From Marsupella aquatica (taxonomy: Eukaryota > Plantae > Marchantiophyta): DNA of 64,000 nt. Positions within the stretch are counted from its first letter, which is position 1. Every line of letters starts with the position of its first letter. The stretch lies in the NCBI GenBank assembly GCA_973895155.1, contig OZ316891.1:4435708-4499707 (forward strand), read 5' to 3'. The position numbers were made by a program, and so were the translations under genes. This document shows, piece by piece, positions 38,216 through 50,947 of this stretch. Below the pieces are notes generated by a model that saw only the letters and a list, made by a program, of their open reading frames with translations, ran no database searches and was not told the DNA's origin.

Positions 38216-38460
38216 ATGCCATCAAACCAAAAGGAGTCGCTATGTAGAGGAGTCCCTACTAACAGCAACGACACCTTGGACATGTCTTTACATAAGAACA
38301 TAATCCTTACACATGGACGCACTAAGGATGGGTTATGGGCAAAGCTCAATGACATTGTATTGCACTGCATGGTTAAGCTAGTGCATGAAAATGTTGATGT
38401 AGATTGCAAGGAAAGTAGGTAGTTGGGCAATTCAGAAATTTACCTCAATAGATGATTCTC

Positions 38461-41400
38461 TCATGACCGCAAAGAATCTGTAATTGCTGCAAGTGTGTCT
38501 TTGTCCAATTTGAACTTTCTGCTACCACCCTTCCGTCCTTGGGTATCACATGGGCTTAGCCCAAATCGAATGTGAATTACTGACTTTGCAAGACTAAAAC
38601 TTGGTGGTGATTTGTCTAAATAGACATATGTGTGGCACGATCCTGGAACTGGTTGCATCCATCTGCCCTTCAATACCAGTTCAGCCTGCTGAAGTTCCTG
38701 CTCGTATCCATCCACAAATGTCTCTGTGACATCATGTAGGACCTCCTCGCATTGCAAAATGTAAAAGTCTACATCCCAACGATTTGGGCGCTCTGCTTCC
38801 ACTGCATAGAAATCACCCAACTGCACCAACTCTGCCAAAGACCTAGAGTCCCCTTCCAACAGTCCTTCACCAACTCCCATTTCTTCAAGGTCTGCTTTGA
38901 CATCAATAGGGAGGATCCCTTTCACCATCTCAAGCTTATACAGTCCTACAAGATCTTGATTCTCACATTTTTGTGGTTCTTCATCAAGACAGTAAGCACA
39001 AAAACAACATAGTTCCCTCACTTGCAACAGAGTTGAAAGTTGGTTACTAAATCCATCAAAACAATGCATTGCTCTATAGCCTGGGATTGCATCATAGTCC
39101 CATTTCTTGTGTCGATTCACAGCTGTAGCACCTATTTCCCAAAACAATCGCCTCACAAGCAAAACATCACCATACTCTCTCTCAATACCAATGGCAAACT
39201 TCTCCTTGCAAAATGCAACTACATCATGAGCATTTTCCAAGTGAAAGCCATGCGTCCCCTTCAACTGCTCTCTCTGTATCCCGCTCTTGATGTGGCCTCC
39301 AAGGGCATCCTATCCATGCAGAAAAAGTCCATTCAACGTCACACAAGCATACAACTAGACTCCAAAGAATTTAATGTTCTTGTATAATGGTAAAGAAGCT
39401 CATATGAAACTAAATAATGAGAAAAACACATTGAATTCAAATATTGGAGGTAGAGTTCCACACTTACAGCTACACCCTTTCCATGTCCTGAAGCATGGAA
39501 AAACCATTTCATCTGTGCACCAAATCTCTTGTAATACCTTGAGACGTAGTAGAAAGGTCTACAAGCCTTAAATTGTGAGGCAGCTCCATCGGACCAAACG
39601 CAATGCTGAGTGAATTCAATTCCCTCTTGCTTCATCCAATGGTAATGAGCATCCATGCAATGCTGCACAAACAAGGTGTCGTGAGTATTATCATCACTGA
39701 TATAGAAATGATAGTCGGCGATGATATCTCTGTCACCAGCTTCACTCTGTGCCATACTCACTGTTCGTCCCACTGCAGCCTCCATAGATTGGTGCACATC
39801 TTCTCGATGTCTATAGGTCACATGGATCAACAAAGTAATCTGTTTGTTGTCCCAATGTTGCGATTGAATCTCATTTTGCATCTTGAAAGTGTAATTTTCA
39901 GAGAAGTCAATTGAAGGTCACACTATGGTTCCTCTTTGGAACATGTTCAAACACAATCTAAACTGGTCACTTTGCCAACGAGCTCTAAAATCATGAACAA
40001 CAAATGACTTCATTCTGGCTTCGACCACGTTCCTGAAATCACTTACAAACGTAGTCTTATACACCATCCTCAAGCGTTTAGACTTTTTTTGTGAACTCTC
40101 ATCACTTCCCTGCTTCTTTGCTTTCTTCATTTGTAAGTTGTCATCTAACTCCTAATATTCAAAACTCTACCAACTAATAGTTAGTTGTTGTGTGGAATCC
40201 AACTCCCATGGACACCAGTCCAGATTCAGCGTTCCACAATCTACACAAACTCCCATAATACAGTCCTTGTTGTGCCATATCTGCCCCTCGGTTTTCTTAC
40301 ACAACGCACCTTCCATCCAACCTTGAACAGAGGTAATGTGTGTCCTTGAAGCTACACAAGAAACACCTAATGGAATGGCCACTGATTTACAAGTACAACA
40401 CTGACAACTACACTGAGAGGGGTGATGAAACTTCCTGAATTTGTTTAGTGCCTCTTTCAAGAGGTCCATTTCAACATGCTGCTTGCAGCAGCATACATTT
40501 CGATCCTTCATGGTTCAAATGTAAAACGGTTTCAGATAACTGAAGGACCGTAGGCCTATAGAAACAGCATTGTTCTCAGCCTTACACCAATCTTGGAACT
40601 TGAAGAAAAATTCAACCTGTAAATAGGTATCAACAGGTGTTAATAGATTACCCAAATTAAGGCTCTCAAATTTGTATCGTTGGCTACAACTGAAGACGGG
40701 ACTAAAGAATGCAGAAAATTTTAAGAACTCTCAAAGAAATTGAAGTAGCCAATGTGAGGATATCCTACCTCTGTATCCTCGAGCCAATGTACTTTATGTT
40801 CCTCATGTTGATTTGGTCCAAGTCGCTTTCTAGCTATCTCTTTCTTGCCTGGTGAGATTCTAGTGTATGTGCTCCAAAATAGTTCAACAATCTTGCGCAC
40901 CTCTGCACTAATCTTGTTACTCCTGGTTTTCCTTTCCCCCATTGGGTATTTTATACATTTAGGGTTCATCTAAATGTTCTCATCTATCTGCTTCCGCATG
41001 TTTGATGCTTTTTGAATGTTGTGTCTCTTGATACCAAAAGCCTTAGCTAAAGAGGACTGATATCGCTTGCCAACCGTGGACTGTCCGACCATAGCTACCA
41101 ACACTGAATGCTTTACAGCCAAGTGATCTTTCTTTTTGCCCCACTTCACAATTTGCAAGGTCTGCCTAAGGTCAGTTATAGCAGCTCCTACAGATGCATC
41201 TAACTTAGGGGTCCCAAGAGCTGCAGGATGATATTCTCTCAATGAAGAATGCAACCAAAATCGCTCTAGGACTACCTTTCTTGCGGATAAGTTGAAATCT
41301 CTCATTTTTTTGAATAAGACTGAAGTTACCTCGGAGACCACTGAATCAACCGCTCGTCTTGTTCTATTGGGCGTTTCCTCAGCAAGATGACTAGACAAAC

Positions 41401-41842
41401 TTAAACTTCTCATCCTCCGAAGTCTCCAATATGCAGCTCGTTTTCTAGCAGCATCTTTCTCCCTGAATTCTCTGGCCAAATGAGGGTCCTCTTGCATGCT
41501 TTGTAGACAGTGAGCTCCTTGACCTAATCGCACACGCAGTACTTCGAGGGCGGCTTGCTTTTGCCCTATCCTAGAGCGCAAACGTGACAATGTTTCTTTG
41601 CCTTCAGCATAGTCATTCTCGATGTTGTGCAGCTTCAACGCAGCTTGAGTGGTTGCCTCTCCATGTAAGCAAAGCGCCTCATTCCTAGCAGCAATTAATA
41701 ATACCTCACTTTGCTGCTGAGCATGAAGAAGCAATTGATCAGGTTGCTGCTGAGCATGAAGAAGCAACTGATCAACTTGTTGCTTGGCATCAAAAATCAG
41801 GCGCGTACTATTGTCGTCTTCCGGTTGAATGCCTCTATTCAA
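38461..41842 (-). pseudogene. Sola2-type DDD transposase, spliced, with stops and frameshifts
   Basis: CCCKQH, DFSENY..MQNEIQSQHW, YISDDNTHD, WSDGAASQFK, HASGHGKG and DALGGHIK motifs; C-terminal CFCAYC; introns ~40617-40768 and ~39311-39474; N-terminal coiled coil. Confidence 0.8.
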
Positions 41843-42658
41843 TTGCTCAGTGTTGACCTCTTGGCACTGCCCGATAGGCTTGTCATACCATGACTTTCGC
41901 CTTCAAAAATTGCGTCGTTCTCTTTTTTCTTTCTCTTCTTGGGATTCATTGATCTTGGCGCCCCGCTTGGCGCCGCACTGGTGGCATCTCGCTAAAATTG
42001 ATGGCAGCTCCTACAACACGATGAGCTTTTGAACGTAAGTTCAAAACAATATTTCATAAGTTAAAGAGGCCATGATCCAAGTTAAATGAGGCTCTAGATG
42101 GCAAAAATTCATGTGGGAACACCCGCACTCAGGCAAACCAAAAATGGAGTCTAACAACATTGAGATGTCGCGCGGATTACCCTTTACCAACGAGGTGAAC
42201 ACCCTACATTGCACAAGACGGTCGCCAAGCTTTTTGCTAGTTCTATGGATGATCTTTAGAATTCGTCGAATCCGCTTGAGGCCAGAAGCTCTCTTGTAAA
42301 CCTGAAGCAAACCCGCAAAACATTACCGCAGATAGTCGACAGCCCTTCAATTCCCTGGCTTCAAGGACATGGCTCCCTGCCTCTTCCGTAGAGTCCTAGC
42401 TGAGCCTAGCTAGGACTCCTTAGTCTACGCGTAATTAAGTATTTTGAAATTCAAATCGCTACTTAAGTCCTGTTTCATTGGTATTCATTACCACTTGGAC
42501 TTCCTTTTAAGTCCTTTTGTCCTTAACCATTGAATCATTAATGGATGCTACTCCTAATCAAACCTCCTGGCACGCTTCCAAATGGACTGCTGGAGAATCT
42601 ACTGAGTGAGAGGTCACAGGGTCGAAGAGACATGCCTCTTCATACCCCTCAAAATTTT

Positions 42659-45600
42659 AAAATGGCGATTCAGTAAGTGAAAAGCCGGAAAAATGGCTAA
42701 GTGTGAACTCGTAACTAGTAAACTATTAACTCATAATCGGCTATCTATCGGAACTCGTAATCGTAAACTAGTAACTCTTAAACTAGTAAAAGCTAAGTCG
42801 TAACTCGTAATCGCGGTAAAGTAAAGACTTGATGAATTCAACTATTTTTAACTTCCTAACTATAAGTCAGAAAACTCTGAGATTTTTCCAGGAGGTTTTC
42901 CTAGGTACAGACTATACACTAAAGAAGTATGACAGCTTCCAAAGCTCTAGAACGCATTTCTAAAAATCAGATAAGATGCACTACTCTAAAAACTAACTAA
43001 AAACACTTAAAGACTTCTTCAAGCTTGTTGTCGGATGTCGTCTGGTTCCAGCAACTCCACAAGGGTAACAATTCGGTTCTGAGTAACCTCCATCAGTTCA
43101 GCTTGGCGTGGGGATCCTCTGGAGTATGGTAGGCATCTCAGTTGTCTCTCAGGGTACATCAAAGGCATTCTCTTCATCAAATAACATGAATCTATACGAA
43201 GAGCTTCTCTGTACATCCCGATCACATCATAGTTGTTGCAGGTAGCAGCATACACTTGGGAATAATGAAACAGGAACTCATCACTACTCATCATCCTGGA
43301 ATAGAAGGGTCAAAGTCTCCATCTGACATCTCTGAAGTATCGGTTGAATTCAGCTAGAGTCTGAGAAGTGACATTATTCCAGATCCTCTGTTTCTCAGCC
43401 AATGTACTGGTTGAAACAAGGGTAACCTTGGGTCCTTGTGGTATGTAATCGTGTTGTAGAGCAGTAGACTTCTTGCTCTGCATCAGGAAGGAAACCACAA
43501 AATCCAAGGCATAGGCTGCAAAGTTTCCAAAGTATGCCAGAACTAAGTCTGAATCCTCTACCTCTACATCACCTTGGAGTAGCATCATAGCAAGAATAGG
43601 CCGAAAGTATATTGAGTCAATCCAGAACTCATCAAATTGTGCCATTTCCACTCTAGAAGTACCAAGACACCTAAGATCGAAGATGTAGCTTGCCTCAGTC
43701 TTCTTTAGATAGTAGTATCTCCAAAACTCTCCAACCGGTGGTCTGTTGGCCTGCATTATTTTGCAAGTGGTGGCATACCTGTGCACTTCTGACTCAGGAC
43801 GTCTAGGGTACCTGCTTTCGATAGTAGCATTCCGAGGTGTTTGAGTAGATGAAGTGACAACTGCTACTAAGTTTGGATTGGATCTTAAGGCAGTATCAAC
43901 ATCTTCAAATCCCTGCCTTGGGGATGACTCAAGAGAATTATCATAAGATCTATAAGTTTCACCATCTGAGGGTGGATCAGAGTCTTCAGGTAGATCTTTT
44001 CTGTCAAAAGGGTGCTCATATTGTGACCGATTGTAGGTGGGTCCTTCTGTGGGTTCGTAGTTGGAATCAGGGCTGTAAGGTTGCAAACCTGGGCTAGGAG
44101 TAGGACTAGCAGTTGGACATTGTTGGATCAAGTTGCGGACCACAGATGCTATCTATCGAGGTTCACACTGTAGTAGTTCTAACAAGTCATCCACAATGGC
44201 CACATAGCTGATACTATCTGTTACTGGAATAGGCTCACTTGTTTCTAGGGGAGGGGGCTGTACAGTGACAGGAGTACAGATCACAAACTCCATTGGTGCT
44301 GGTTCTCTTGGGGGGGAGGTCATTCTGACAGGACTTAGCTGATCATGAAATGGTGATCTCAAACTAACAGCCTCCATTCTCAAATTATTAACAGCGTCAT
44401 ATAGTCCATCATTACTGCAACTAAGGAGAGATGTCAACTTATCAATAAGCTGCTGATTCGACTCTGCCTTCGAAGGAGTGGAGGAGTTGGTCCTTAGGTT
44501 GACAGTTGCAAGAGCCAGTTCAGCAACGTCGGCTGATTGCTCAAGAGAATCTCTGTCTTCTCCAGCTCCAGGTTGATCTCTCATATTAACTCTTGGTGAA
44601 TACACCACGTTATGCAGAGGGTGTCGAACCAGCTCTAAGTTATGAGCAGGTGTCCTATCTAATTTCATCTCAGCATCCACATTCTGATCATGAGAATCCA
44701 GGGGAACAGCATCCACCGGTTCTTCCATACTTAGGTCTTCTTCAATGCCTAACTCAATCAGGAGCAGCCCTCTTTCCGTTTTCTCCTCTGGATATAAACA
44801 ATCATAAGCATGATAGAGTTGAGACAAATAAATCTGCAGATGAGTGGGTCTACCTGCCTTCATGGTCCTCACCTGATCCTTCATCACATTGAAAATTAGC
44901 AGGGCCCAATTCACCTGGACAGATCCACTGTGTGCGGCTACAATTGTATTCACCAAAGCCACTGGACAGATGGTTGGCTTCTTCGGGTGTAAAATGGGTA
45001 CTAGAAATTCCAGAAGCACTCTCAAATCTGGATAAATACACTGTATTAAATTTCAGCCATTGGTGAGGTTGCGAGTCCCAGAGAAGTAAGGTGTAGATAA
45101 ATCTTTCTTCTTCGAATACAATCCTTCTCCTTCTGAAGGGCAGCGGAAGGCATAAGCAATTTGTTCCACAGTCCATAAGCTGGGTCAAGCTCAAATAGTC
45201 CGTCGAAATTCAGGAGCAAGCACTGACCCCTTTACAAAATCCTGCAAATATGTGTCGAGCTCTACTTCCCAAGGAACGGCAAGTAGATGCTGCAAACCTA
45301 GCTGCTGTAAGGAAGTCCGTAAATTTGCATAGCTATCGGGCGCTGGTGGAATTCGGGCGACTATGCTCTTAGGAATTGCCAGAGTGTCAACTCGGTACTG
45401 TTCATCAATGCCGAGGTTTGCCATAGCTCTCATCCGTTATGTTGAGTGCGCTAAGGAGTGGGGAAGCTGGTAGAATCAACAGAGGTGGCAGGAATTAAGT
45501 CAAGAGTGAGCGCCTGAAGTCTAATTTGCCTTTTCTTCAATTCGCGTTTGCCATCCCGTTGCTAAGTCCCGTTGGAAGTAGCCGTAAGACGTCGCAATCA

Positions 45601-45832
45601 TCGGTCGCCAACTCGTAAGGCACAACTCGTAAAGCCCTAACTAGTAAGTCGTAACTAGTATACTCGTAACTAGTATACTGTCGCAACCCTGTAACTCGTA
45701 ACTCGTAACTCGTAACTCGTAACTGGAGTTTACTCGTAAACTTACTTTAAACTTGGGAACCGTAACTTGTAGATAGAATGCTATCTCCGTTCTGTTATCA
45801 ACAATTAGAGGTTAAACCCCATAAAAAATTTA
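42659..45832 (-). mobile_element. Unclassified 3.2-kb element with an 8-bp TSD, no TIR and no TG..CA ends
   Basis: AAAATTTT at 42651-42658 and 45833-45840. Removing it fuses the host frame (HEETENF to EGYEEACLFDP). ACTCGTA/ACTAGTA arrays near both ends; one long decayed ORF. Confidence 0.65.
43019..45433 (-). pseudogene. ~800-codon ORF with a PF20167/PMD-like N-terminal domain, broken only by in-frame stops
   Basis: ORFs 45191-45433, 44153-45025, 43310-44143 and 43019-43294 share one frame; motifs LGLQHLLAVPW, AFRCPSEG, LEFLVPILHP, VNWALLIF. Confidence 0.75.
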
Positions 45833-46269
45833 AAAATTTTCAGTTTCTTCATGATTTTGGAAATACCCACTACTTACACCACTCACCATCCCTAATTGCC
45901 CCCGACCAAGTACCCACTGGTGTACCTTGGCCACAAACATCTTGTACGCTGGATCCTTGAACGTTGAGAGGGGAATGGTAGTTACGGAAAGGGGGTCCCT
46001 CACCACCTCAGCTAGTTCTTCCAACGTAAAAACACCAGGTGGCTCTACTGGCTGAAACGTGAAGTCCTGGTCATTGAGAAATAAGAGCTTGGCCAACTCC
46101 ACGTGAGGGATCAACTGCATATTACAATGAATCCCCTCCGCACGGCACTCCAATCTAGCCGCAATGTCCCAAGTCCTGTCGGGAGGAATCATAATCTCTA
46201 CACCGATGAAGTTGGTGAGCCCTGTAGCCTGAAAAATCTCCTTGCCCTCTTCCATCACCTTGGCAGAAG
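45833..46269 (-). pseudogene. Fragment of the LTR-D ORF
   Basis: Frame stays open across the removed gypsy insertion (VVRKVFRRVYPRTS from ~60047-60090 into AKVMEEGKEIFQATGLTNF) and across the removed 42659-45832 element. Confidence 0.55.
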
Positions 46270-46941
46270 TGTGATGCCTAGCCAGGAATCACTCGGCCAG
46301 TTAAGTGGGTAAAGCAGGAATGCACCCTAGAAACACCTTAGTATAGGGACAAAACAAGGAAAATATAAACAATTAGGGGCGACTATGGAACCCGGGCCGA
46401 GGCCGGAGGTAAGGACGCTGGGGGTGAAAACTCGATTAGGGTTAGGGCACGCTAAGCGTCGGCGGCTAGGAAGGATCAACGGAAGGAAGGACCGGAAGAG
46501 GAGAGGGGTAAGGACCACTCGCGAGGAATAGTGGCTCATTTGCAAGAACAAACTGGGCAGACGACTACGGGAGGCCAAATGCTGTCAGCTGCTTAGACAA
46601 GCACTCGGGGTGGGAACAGATACCAACGATCGACTCAAGGAGGGTATGAGCAACGTCAATCAAGCGGCACATTTCTGGGGATGCCTGTTCGAACGGGCAA
46701 CTGAGTACATCAAGACTTACGAGGACAAAGAATCAAAAAGGGCAGCTCGAGAACCATAGGAGCTCGCTCGATTGTGGGAGCTGCAGAAGACGGCTTTCTT
46801 AGGAGGCAAACTCATCAAGGCCGAGTTCTTGTGGACTCCTACTTCCAATCAGCTCGACGATCTTCTGTTTTGCAAAGACAGAATCATCGGCATTCGAGAG
46901 GCCATCAAGAACTGCAACGACATACACTGGGAATTGAAGGG

Positions 46942-49900
46942 TGTGACGCCGCCGGTACGGCGGTTAATGAGTGATTCAGTCTAACTGCGCTCGGCACGCG
47001 CGTTAGGTGGGTCTTAGGCCGCTATTATTAGCATAACGACAGTATTTAGGTAATCATTAGGGGTAGGACATCATTAGGCAATAAGGGGGACTTCAGGTTT
47101 GGGCTGGCGGCGGGTCGCTATTCGCACACCCGGGTTACGAGCGTGGAGGGGCCCCTCCCTCGGGTCCGTATAACAAACTTAAGGAAGCGGCCACTGACGC
47201 ACGCTGACTCAGACCGGCGGAGTGGCCGGTACACCACAAGCCTGAGCGGTTCAACCTATGGGCGTCGAGGAGACGTCGGGGATCGACAAGCCCTCAAAGT
47301 ATAAAAGGGGAGCCAACCCTTTGTAGTGCACCAGTCCATCAGTCCGCGTGCCAGCTTCGACCCCAGCTCTCTCGTTCTCTCTAGGTCGCCACTACTATCT
47401 CCTCTGAATGTCGCACACGATCCTCTCCAGCTCGGCCATTCGATTCTGGACGCAGTTCCTATCTACCGGAAGGCACTTGGCCGATTCATTGAAACACGCC
47501 AACCCACGCCGATACGAGATCGAACGCGAATACGAGAGAGCCATCCGCCTAGTAGGACGACACTACTACGTCCTTAACTTTGACTACCCGTCTCAGAGCG
47601 AGCTTTACCGACCAGCTGAGGTATCTGGGTACTTCTTCAACGGAGACAAATATATCGGGTTCTGGGAAGCATTGCTTCGGCTTCCGGACGAGGTCTTCAA
47701 TATCCCGGGTACAATCGACCTGCAGTGACATCACTTCGACCACATCCCTGCCCAGGTTTGGGCTGTCATTAACGGCGAGTCCAGTACCAACCGTTCGACA
47801 AGGGCGTCCGCACTCACTTCGGAGAACTTCTACCAGCACCTGCAGAGCTTTATGGGAACTCGGCCATCAACCAACATGACCAACTCAGCCGGGCCCGTAC
47901 CCGTACCCGTACCCGTACCCGTACCCGTGCCCATGCAACCCCAGCCTCAGCCGCAGCCTAGCCAAACCCCACCACCTATCACCCAGCCAGCATAGGTACG
48001 CTCCGTCATCAACGCTGTGGATCTTAGCAATGACGACGAGGCTACCCCACCCTTGACCAGGCGGCCCAGAGGAACAAGCGCTCGGGGGGCCGACACTATA
48101 TCGTCCCCACCCCCTGCTCTGACCCCAGGAGCGGCCCCAGCAGACAACATGGTGACCGTGGCCGCCCCGGGCCCGTTACCAACCGCAGTGGCACTCCCCA
48201 GGCCCGATCGGGAGGATGGGGAAGTATCACCTTCCCCGAGTCAGTCACGGGGAAAGAAAAGGAAGGAATCCGCCACTGCATCCGGGTTACCGTTGGCCAC
48301 GGTAGTCGTAGCCAAGGTGACGATGCATCGCATGGGGGAAAACGTTCACAGCAACATCCTCCATCCCAAGCATGCGGTGTACCTGAAGACTCAGGGATTT
48401 GAGCACCTCGCCTCTCTCCCCTGGAACACTTGCAGGTACTACGGGGAGGACATGACAGAATTCGTCAAGAATTATGACGACGTACGTCAACAGACTCGGC
48501 TGCGGGGAAGGAATATGTCCCTCACAGAAGAACGGCTCAAGATGATCTTCGGGTTACCCGAAGGTGACCATCGAGTCGAATCACGGGCTCCCGGGGGCAA
48601 GGGGGCCAAGTACCAATCTTCAAGTTTTCCCTCAGAGGGATCAGTAGACAACGGGTTCGTGATGAGGACCTGCCTCATGCCTGAGATAGCTGAGCGGCTG
48701 GAGTTCCAGAGGTACGCTCTCCACATGATGGAACCCCGGGGGGAGATCTCCGCCGCCCAGGTTATCCAGGTCAAGAACTATCGACCTAGGAAATGGGCGT
48801 CGTACTTCGCTAAGAAATTCCATGAAGAGATGGAGCGGCGAAGGAAGACGCTGTACATTGGCGGGAAGGCGTATTTTGCTAGCCATATCGAAATCATTCT
48901 TGAGTGGTACGCCCGGTTTGATCGACGAACCCTTCCCCGCATCAACGTTACAAAGCTGGTCCCAGCTAGGTGGGTTTTTCCGGCATTGGAGAGACGGCCC
49001 CAACCCGAGGCCCGAAGTCCAGTGGACACACCAGCTTCACCCACCCCACCTCCACAAATAGCTGTAATCGTAACCGAGGAGGCGCCGGAGGGGTCGGTCG
49101 TCGCAACCGTTGATGCGACCCAACTAGCCGGGCTAAGTACAGAAGTTGGTACGGCAGAGGTCTTACCCGAACCCGGGTCTCCCAAGGACCCGCCGGTGGC
49201 AATTCTGGAGAACCGGACATCGCTGCAGGAGGACACTCCAGCCCCTTCCAACGTTATGTCCCCAGGGCTGGACGTCACTGCCCCGGCCCCTGCGCGTGTT
49301 GATGTCTGCCCGTGCCCAAATCCGGACAGGCACAACTTGGACCACCCGGAACTCTTCGTACAGGGTACATTTCTGAACGGGCTTCTGGGAGATTTCTCTC
49401 ATCAAATTGCCCGGGATACCGGGGAGTTCATGGCCCGGAAGGTAGCCTATTTCTTCAATCAGGAGTTGGTTGCCGCCGTAAAGGCAGGTCGGGCCCAGTC
49501 GGAGGCCCTTCAGAGGATAGAGCGGTACCGGGTGGAGTCCGTGTACCTAAAGAACGAAGTGGCGGCTCAAGAGGCTGAGCTTCTGCAACTACGACCCAAG
49601 GTTGCAGCCGCCGATGAGTTGTTAGCAAAGGCATACGCTCTTACCGCCCTAGCCGAACAGGCCAAAGTTGGGAACGAGGCCGAGATTACACGACTCCGGA
49701 ACCAGATTGACAGTTTGAAGAAACAAGTTGTCACCTGGCAGAAAGACCTGGAGGAAGCCGAGGAGCGAGCCCAGCGGGACGCGACAGAGATAGCCACGCT
49801 GCAGGCCGAGATGGCGCGGCTCCAAACCAAGGCCGAGAAGCAGGACCAGCTGGCGAGTAAACTGACGAGCGACGCCCAGCAGCTGGAGGAGGCATGTCAG

Positions 49901-50947
49901 GAGGCAGCAGAGGAGACGGACGCGGCGAGGCGAGAGAACGAATCTCTGCTGGACCAGGTCCAGCTCCTCAAGGCGGACAATGACAGGCTTCGAAGGCAGC
50001 GGGATGGCCGTTCCCATTCGTGCGGCTCTGGCAAGCGTGCCAGGCATTAGTGGCGGAGTAGGAATAGATTAGGATTAGGATTGGCTTAGTCAGGCTGTTG
50101 GGACAGGCACCTGCCTTAGGTACAGCAGCGCTGCCCTGCTGTCCAGCCTGCGTAGATTAGGATCTTCTAATAAGACACAGCCGTTTTCCGGCCTGACTGT
50201 CAGCTTAGTTAGGACCTTAGTCAACGAATCTTCGGCGAGAGGACACCCCGTTCCTCGGCTCTTAGTATTTAGTGCACCCCTCGGTAGAGGCAGGGGGGGT
50301 TTTTAGTTTCAGGGTCGGACATCCGCGGGACATGCGGGGAGTCCCGACCTCTGGGAATGACAGAGTACCAAGGGGAGGGGGTAGGACTAAGCTCGCCGGG
50401 CGAGTGCGGAGCCGGGCTCCCTTGTAGTGTGCACCCTCGGCCTTGAACCTATGCATTCCAGGGCTGTCGTGTCAACTAAGTGTACGCATATGTTCCCTTT
50501 GTAGTAAAATCCTTTCCCATCATTTTCCTTCGTGTAAATCGAGATTGTATGCATGTGTGCGCATATGTGTGTGGGTTTCTCATATATGGGTGGCAGCGCC
50601 AGGCCGAACGCACTACCCGAGACGTGCACAGGGTGCAGCCTGCGGGTAAGTGGTTGCGAGCACGGGTTGAGGACCTGTATCATCGAATCCGGATCAAAGG
50701 CGGACAGCACGAAGGCTTAGAAGCCCTTAAGCCAGGGTCGATCCTGCTATCGACTAAGGTACGTTCCGGCGGCGGAACACAAACCATACCTAGGAGGTGT
50801 CCGTATTTAGCAGTATGCGCACTTAGCGCTAGTTTACGAGAATAAGGTGCATTACGTGCTTCCCTTCCTGCCCGAACCCTCAGATTTACGAGGGATGTGC
50901 CCGTCTAAGCTGAAGTCTGAGTTAAGGCCGAAGCCTACGACGTGACA
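46942..50947 (+). mobile_element. Solo LTR, family C (4006 bp), carrying an internal ORF
   Basis: tgtgacg...cgtgaca termini; TSD AAGGG at 46937-46941 and 50948-50952; the empty site is visible in the solo LTR-B copy; TATAAAA at ~47300. Confidence 0.95.
47408..50050 (+). CDS. LTR-C-encoded protein (~880 codons, two in-frame stops), homologous to the LTR-A and LTR-B proteins
   Basis: ORFs 47408-47728 and 48017-50050 share a frame; *VRSVINA matches QVRPVINA in LTR-A; motifs IFGLPEG, DNGF, HMMEPRGEIS, KWASYF, IGGKAYFASHI; C-terminal coiled coil; (CCCGTA)n at ~47894-47930. Confidence 0.82.

Larger units (their letters stand above)
9875..42557 (-). mobile_element. Sola2-like DNA transposon with a cargo gene (ends approximate)
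   Basis: Sola2-type transposase at 38461-41842. Degenerate inverted repeats at ~9875-10110 and ~42370-42557 (caaaaggac, agtcc..gtggt, ttaat.acgcgta blocks in inverted order). TSD not resolved. Confidence 0.55.
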
